Source: Takakia lepidozioides
Lineage: Eukaryota; Plantae; Bryophyta
Direction: 5' to 3'
Length of the DNA: 64,000 bases
Assembly: GCA_030704615.1 (NCBI GenBank)
Contig: CM060734.1
Location: forward strand, 12,028,001-12,092,000
Every line of letters starts with the position of its first letter. Position 1 is the stretch's first letter. This document shows positions 61,492 through 64,000 of this stretch, piece by piece. The notes beneath the pieces are model-generated. The model worked only from the letters and a program-made list of their open reading frames with translations. It did not search any database and was not told the origin of the DNA. The position numbers were made by a program, and so were the translations under genes.

Positions 61492-63227
61492 TTACTCACA
61501 CTCAAAATCGGAGTCCACGTCGAGATCCTCGTCAGGCGCTTTGGGCTCCTCAAGAAGTCCCTCCGTGGATGGGGCAGAAGTAGTGCCCGACTCAAGCTGA
61601 TGAAGCTCACTTGAGAAGAGCTCCGTATCAGCCTCCATGCCGAAGAAGTGCCTTCCGGCGCTTTTGCACGCATGAAAAGATGCTCCTGCAAATCGAAGAT
61701 GAACGAGAAATCAGAACATGGCTTCCCTAAGCTCACTGCCCACATTTCAAACACAGTGTTGAGGGCCCCACCTGTTCCCATAGACAAGTCAACCACTCGT
61801 CCACCGTGACGGCTGCATGTCTCCACCAAAAGTCTGCATGAAAGATGGGGATTTCTCCCGTGCACCTCTCCAAGGGATACCAGTCGACCTTTTTGTGGTA
61901 TGACCCGAGTCCACGTAATTGAAGATTACATCATCCTCCACAGGCTCGCAGGTGGGGTCAATGTGAGCTGCAAGGTCCCTCAACTGGAACTCAGCAATAC
62001 CAGGAGGAAGAGTGTCCTTACGCACCCTCGCCAGGCACAAAGCTTCGAACACCCGAGTCTGTCAATAATCACGAAGAGAGCATGAGGCAAAAGACAAAAC
62101 CAACTTTTGACATGTACATCAGAACTACTTTAATTCAAAGGAACAACTCACTTTCGGCCCCGGGAACTCGCCCTTCGTAAGAGGCAGAGTGTTGATGCAT
62201 GTCCAAGTTTTGATGACACGAAACCCGGAAGCTTTCATGTAGCTGAAAAGAGTTCTTCGTGCCGACATGTCATTTGACTGCATGAAAAGAAGAGCCCCCG
62301 AGTCAGAAAGGAATTTGCTGCTGAATGAGAAGGCCCACTGCCAGTAACGAGAATCCGATTTGTTCCAAGTGGGGGTTGAATTGGAAGGCAACACATCAGG
62401 GACAGGGAAACCGTCAGGAATGTCCAGCACCACAAGGTCAGTCGCGTATGCCTGCTGAACTCCATTCACCCAATCCGGCCTTTTTGTGACCTATAGCCAA
62501 AAACAGGAGACAGTGTCACAAGCCCAATCTTGATCCAACAGGAAATCAATCCCATCGACAAGCCAGAACAAGTTGCCAAAACAAAATTATTCACACAACA
62601 GTTAAGACATATGTGCTTACCTGAGTGAAGAACAAAACAAGCATGTCCCATGATTTCGAGGGCACCCCTTTGAATGTCGACTTCCTGGATTCCATCATTG
62701 CCAGAAAACTTTCATTCACCACCTTACGATGGAACTGGCCCAAAACCCTGGATGGATGTTCTCTCGCATCGAAAGGTTGCTCCCTCGACTTTGCTGTTCT
62801 CTTATCCCTCCTAGTTGGAGAAGGCTGTCTTTCAGCGACCTCTGACGGGCCCTGTTCCTGCGGAGCTGCACTCTTCCCCTTCCCCTTCGGATCCCCGGCA
62901 ATCTTCCCCTTCCGTTTTGGAGTAGCAGATTTCTCAGGCTCTTTTGCAGCCAGAGCAGCAATGATTCTGTCCTGAATGTCTTTGTCAGCCAGTGGGGCAA
63001 ATGCCACGGCGTTGTCGTTAAGGTTTCTCAAAACAACTTCATCGAATGGTGTGTCCTGTTTTGGTAGATCGAGGTACCACCCACAGTCTCTGAAGTGCGC
63101 CCTGCTCCAGTCTCTGGCAATACCAGCCGTGTACATTGTCTTGTCATTGGAGGGGTCAGCCCACGAGTAGATGAAGTCTGGGTCATTGCTAAGGTACTTT
63201 CTCGGTATGAGGACATGATACATATAC
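61492..63227 (-). pseudogene. Spliced beta-class amino-DNA methyltransferase (N6-adenine/N4-cytosine family) gene, 3' exons, one frameshift
   Basis: Exons ~63227-62621, 62490-62152, 62058-61772 and 61686-61492 with GT-AG introns in compatible phases. Catalytic-position motif DLVVLDIPDG precedes REKS...RVVDLSMGTGASFHACKSAGRHFFGMEAD (motif I onward). One extra T at ~61830. 5' end not found. Confidence 0.8.
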
Positions 63228-63354
63228 CTCAATGACACACACACCCAAAATCTAGACAGTCAATCGATCTGATCAGGACACAGATCACACATCACGAGAA
63301 GTGTATTGGCATGCAGGTCAGTAACACTGATAAACCAACGTTTGAAAGCCCGAT

Positions 63355-64000
63355 TCAACATTGCGTTGACGCAATGTTGATTCGAGCTGAAATGGAAAAC
63401 ACCAAATTTGGAGAACTGCACTTTCAACAAGCACGTACGAGATGGAAAGCCCATTATCCTAAAACATCTCATGCACAACATTGGAACCCCAATCAACCTT
63501 GCGTTGACGCAAAGAAGATTGACGGATACACCTATGATAATGTAGCATTGAAAGAGACAGTGCTTGGCAACGGAATTCAACATTGCGTCAACGCAAGGTT
63601 GTTTTCATTAACAGAGGAAATGGAAAACAGTGATTGAAAACCACCATCCGAATATCTGTTGGTATGGATATTCAACCTTGCGTTGACGCAAGGTTGAATT
63701 CCTCTGTTGAAACAACTGTCCAGGGTATTTTTGATAACCTTAACTTTCCTACAATTGTATGGAAATCGGGGTATTTTGGCAGGATTAATCTAGCAATCCA
63801 TACCGTCAAACAATGTTGCGTCAACGCAAGGCTGTTTGATGGTACAGTGTAAGCTCTAAACAACATTTCAAACAGACTCCAAACCGACTTTAAGTTCATC
63901 CTGGCAGCATTGCAACTGGAAACCACAAAAAAAACAGCCCAAGAACAAAGGAAAACCTACACAGCCAGGCCCTTCATCAACCTTGCGTTGACGCAAGGTT
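63355..64000. repeat. Array of six ~26-bp palindromes (TCAACCTTGCGT-TG/CA-ACGCAAGGTTGA) with unique 55-140-bp spacers
   Basis: Copies at 63355-63380, 63493-63514, 63577-63601, 63670-63699, 63806-63839 and 63977-64000 (runs off the window). Confidence 0.9.

Noticed and set aside
63355-64000. CRISPR array
   Set aside because: Spacers vary from 55 to 140 bp, repeats occur in both orientations, there are no cas genes, and the context is eukaryotic.

Overview
Eukaryotic, TE-rich land-plant genomic DNA. The spliceosomal introns, PLS-type PPR repeats and TE families point to a non-seed plant such as a bryophyte or lycophyte (inference). Only one clearly intact host gene is present: a 6-exon GOT1 vesicle-transport gene (27422-30867, +) with a 5'-truncated LINE in intron 4. 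The rest comprises (i) a full-length but rearranged chromovirus-type Ty3/Gypsy element (794-7260, 726-bp LTRs, GGAGA TSD) inserted between two short F-box-like ORFs; (ii) several decayed non-chromovirus Gypsy elements plus Copia and LINE fragments; (iii) a decayed cluster of genes fusing an OSB-type 'PDF' ssDNA-binding motif to a PLS-PPR array (14.4-21.4 kb, partial duplicate at 55.1-56.7 kb), containing a clean 2.3-kb inversion; (iv) several satellites and palindrome arrays. The most unusual item is a spliced, bacterial-type beta-class amino-DNA methyltransferase (N4C/N6A family) gene at 61.5-63.2 kb (-). It lies just 3' of a Gypsy integrase and next to an array of six ~26-bp palindromes, and a possible ParB-like N-terminal fragment occurs at 55.0 kb. 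Together these suggest a TE-borne ParB-MTase plus palindromic-site system. All calls were made by eye, without database searches.
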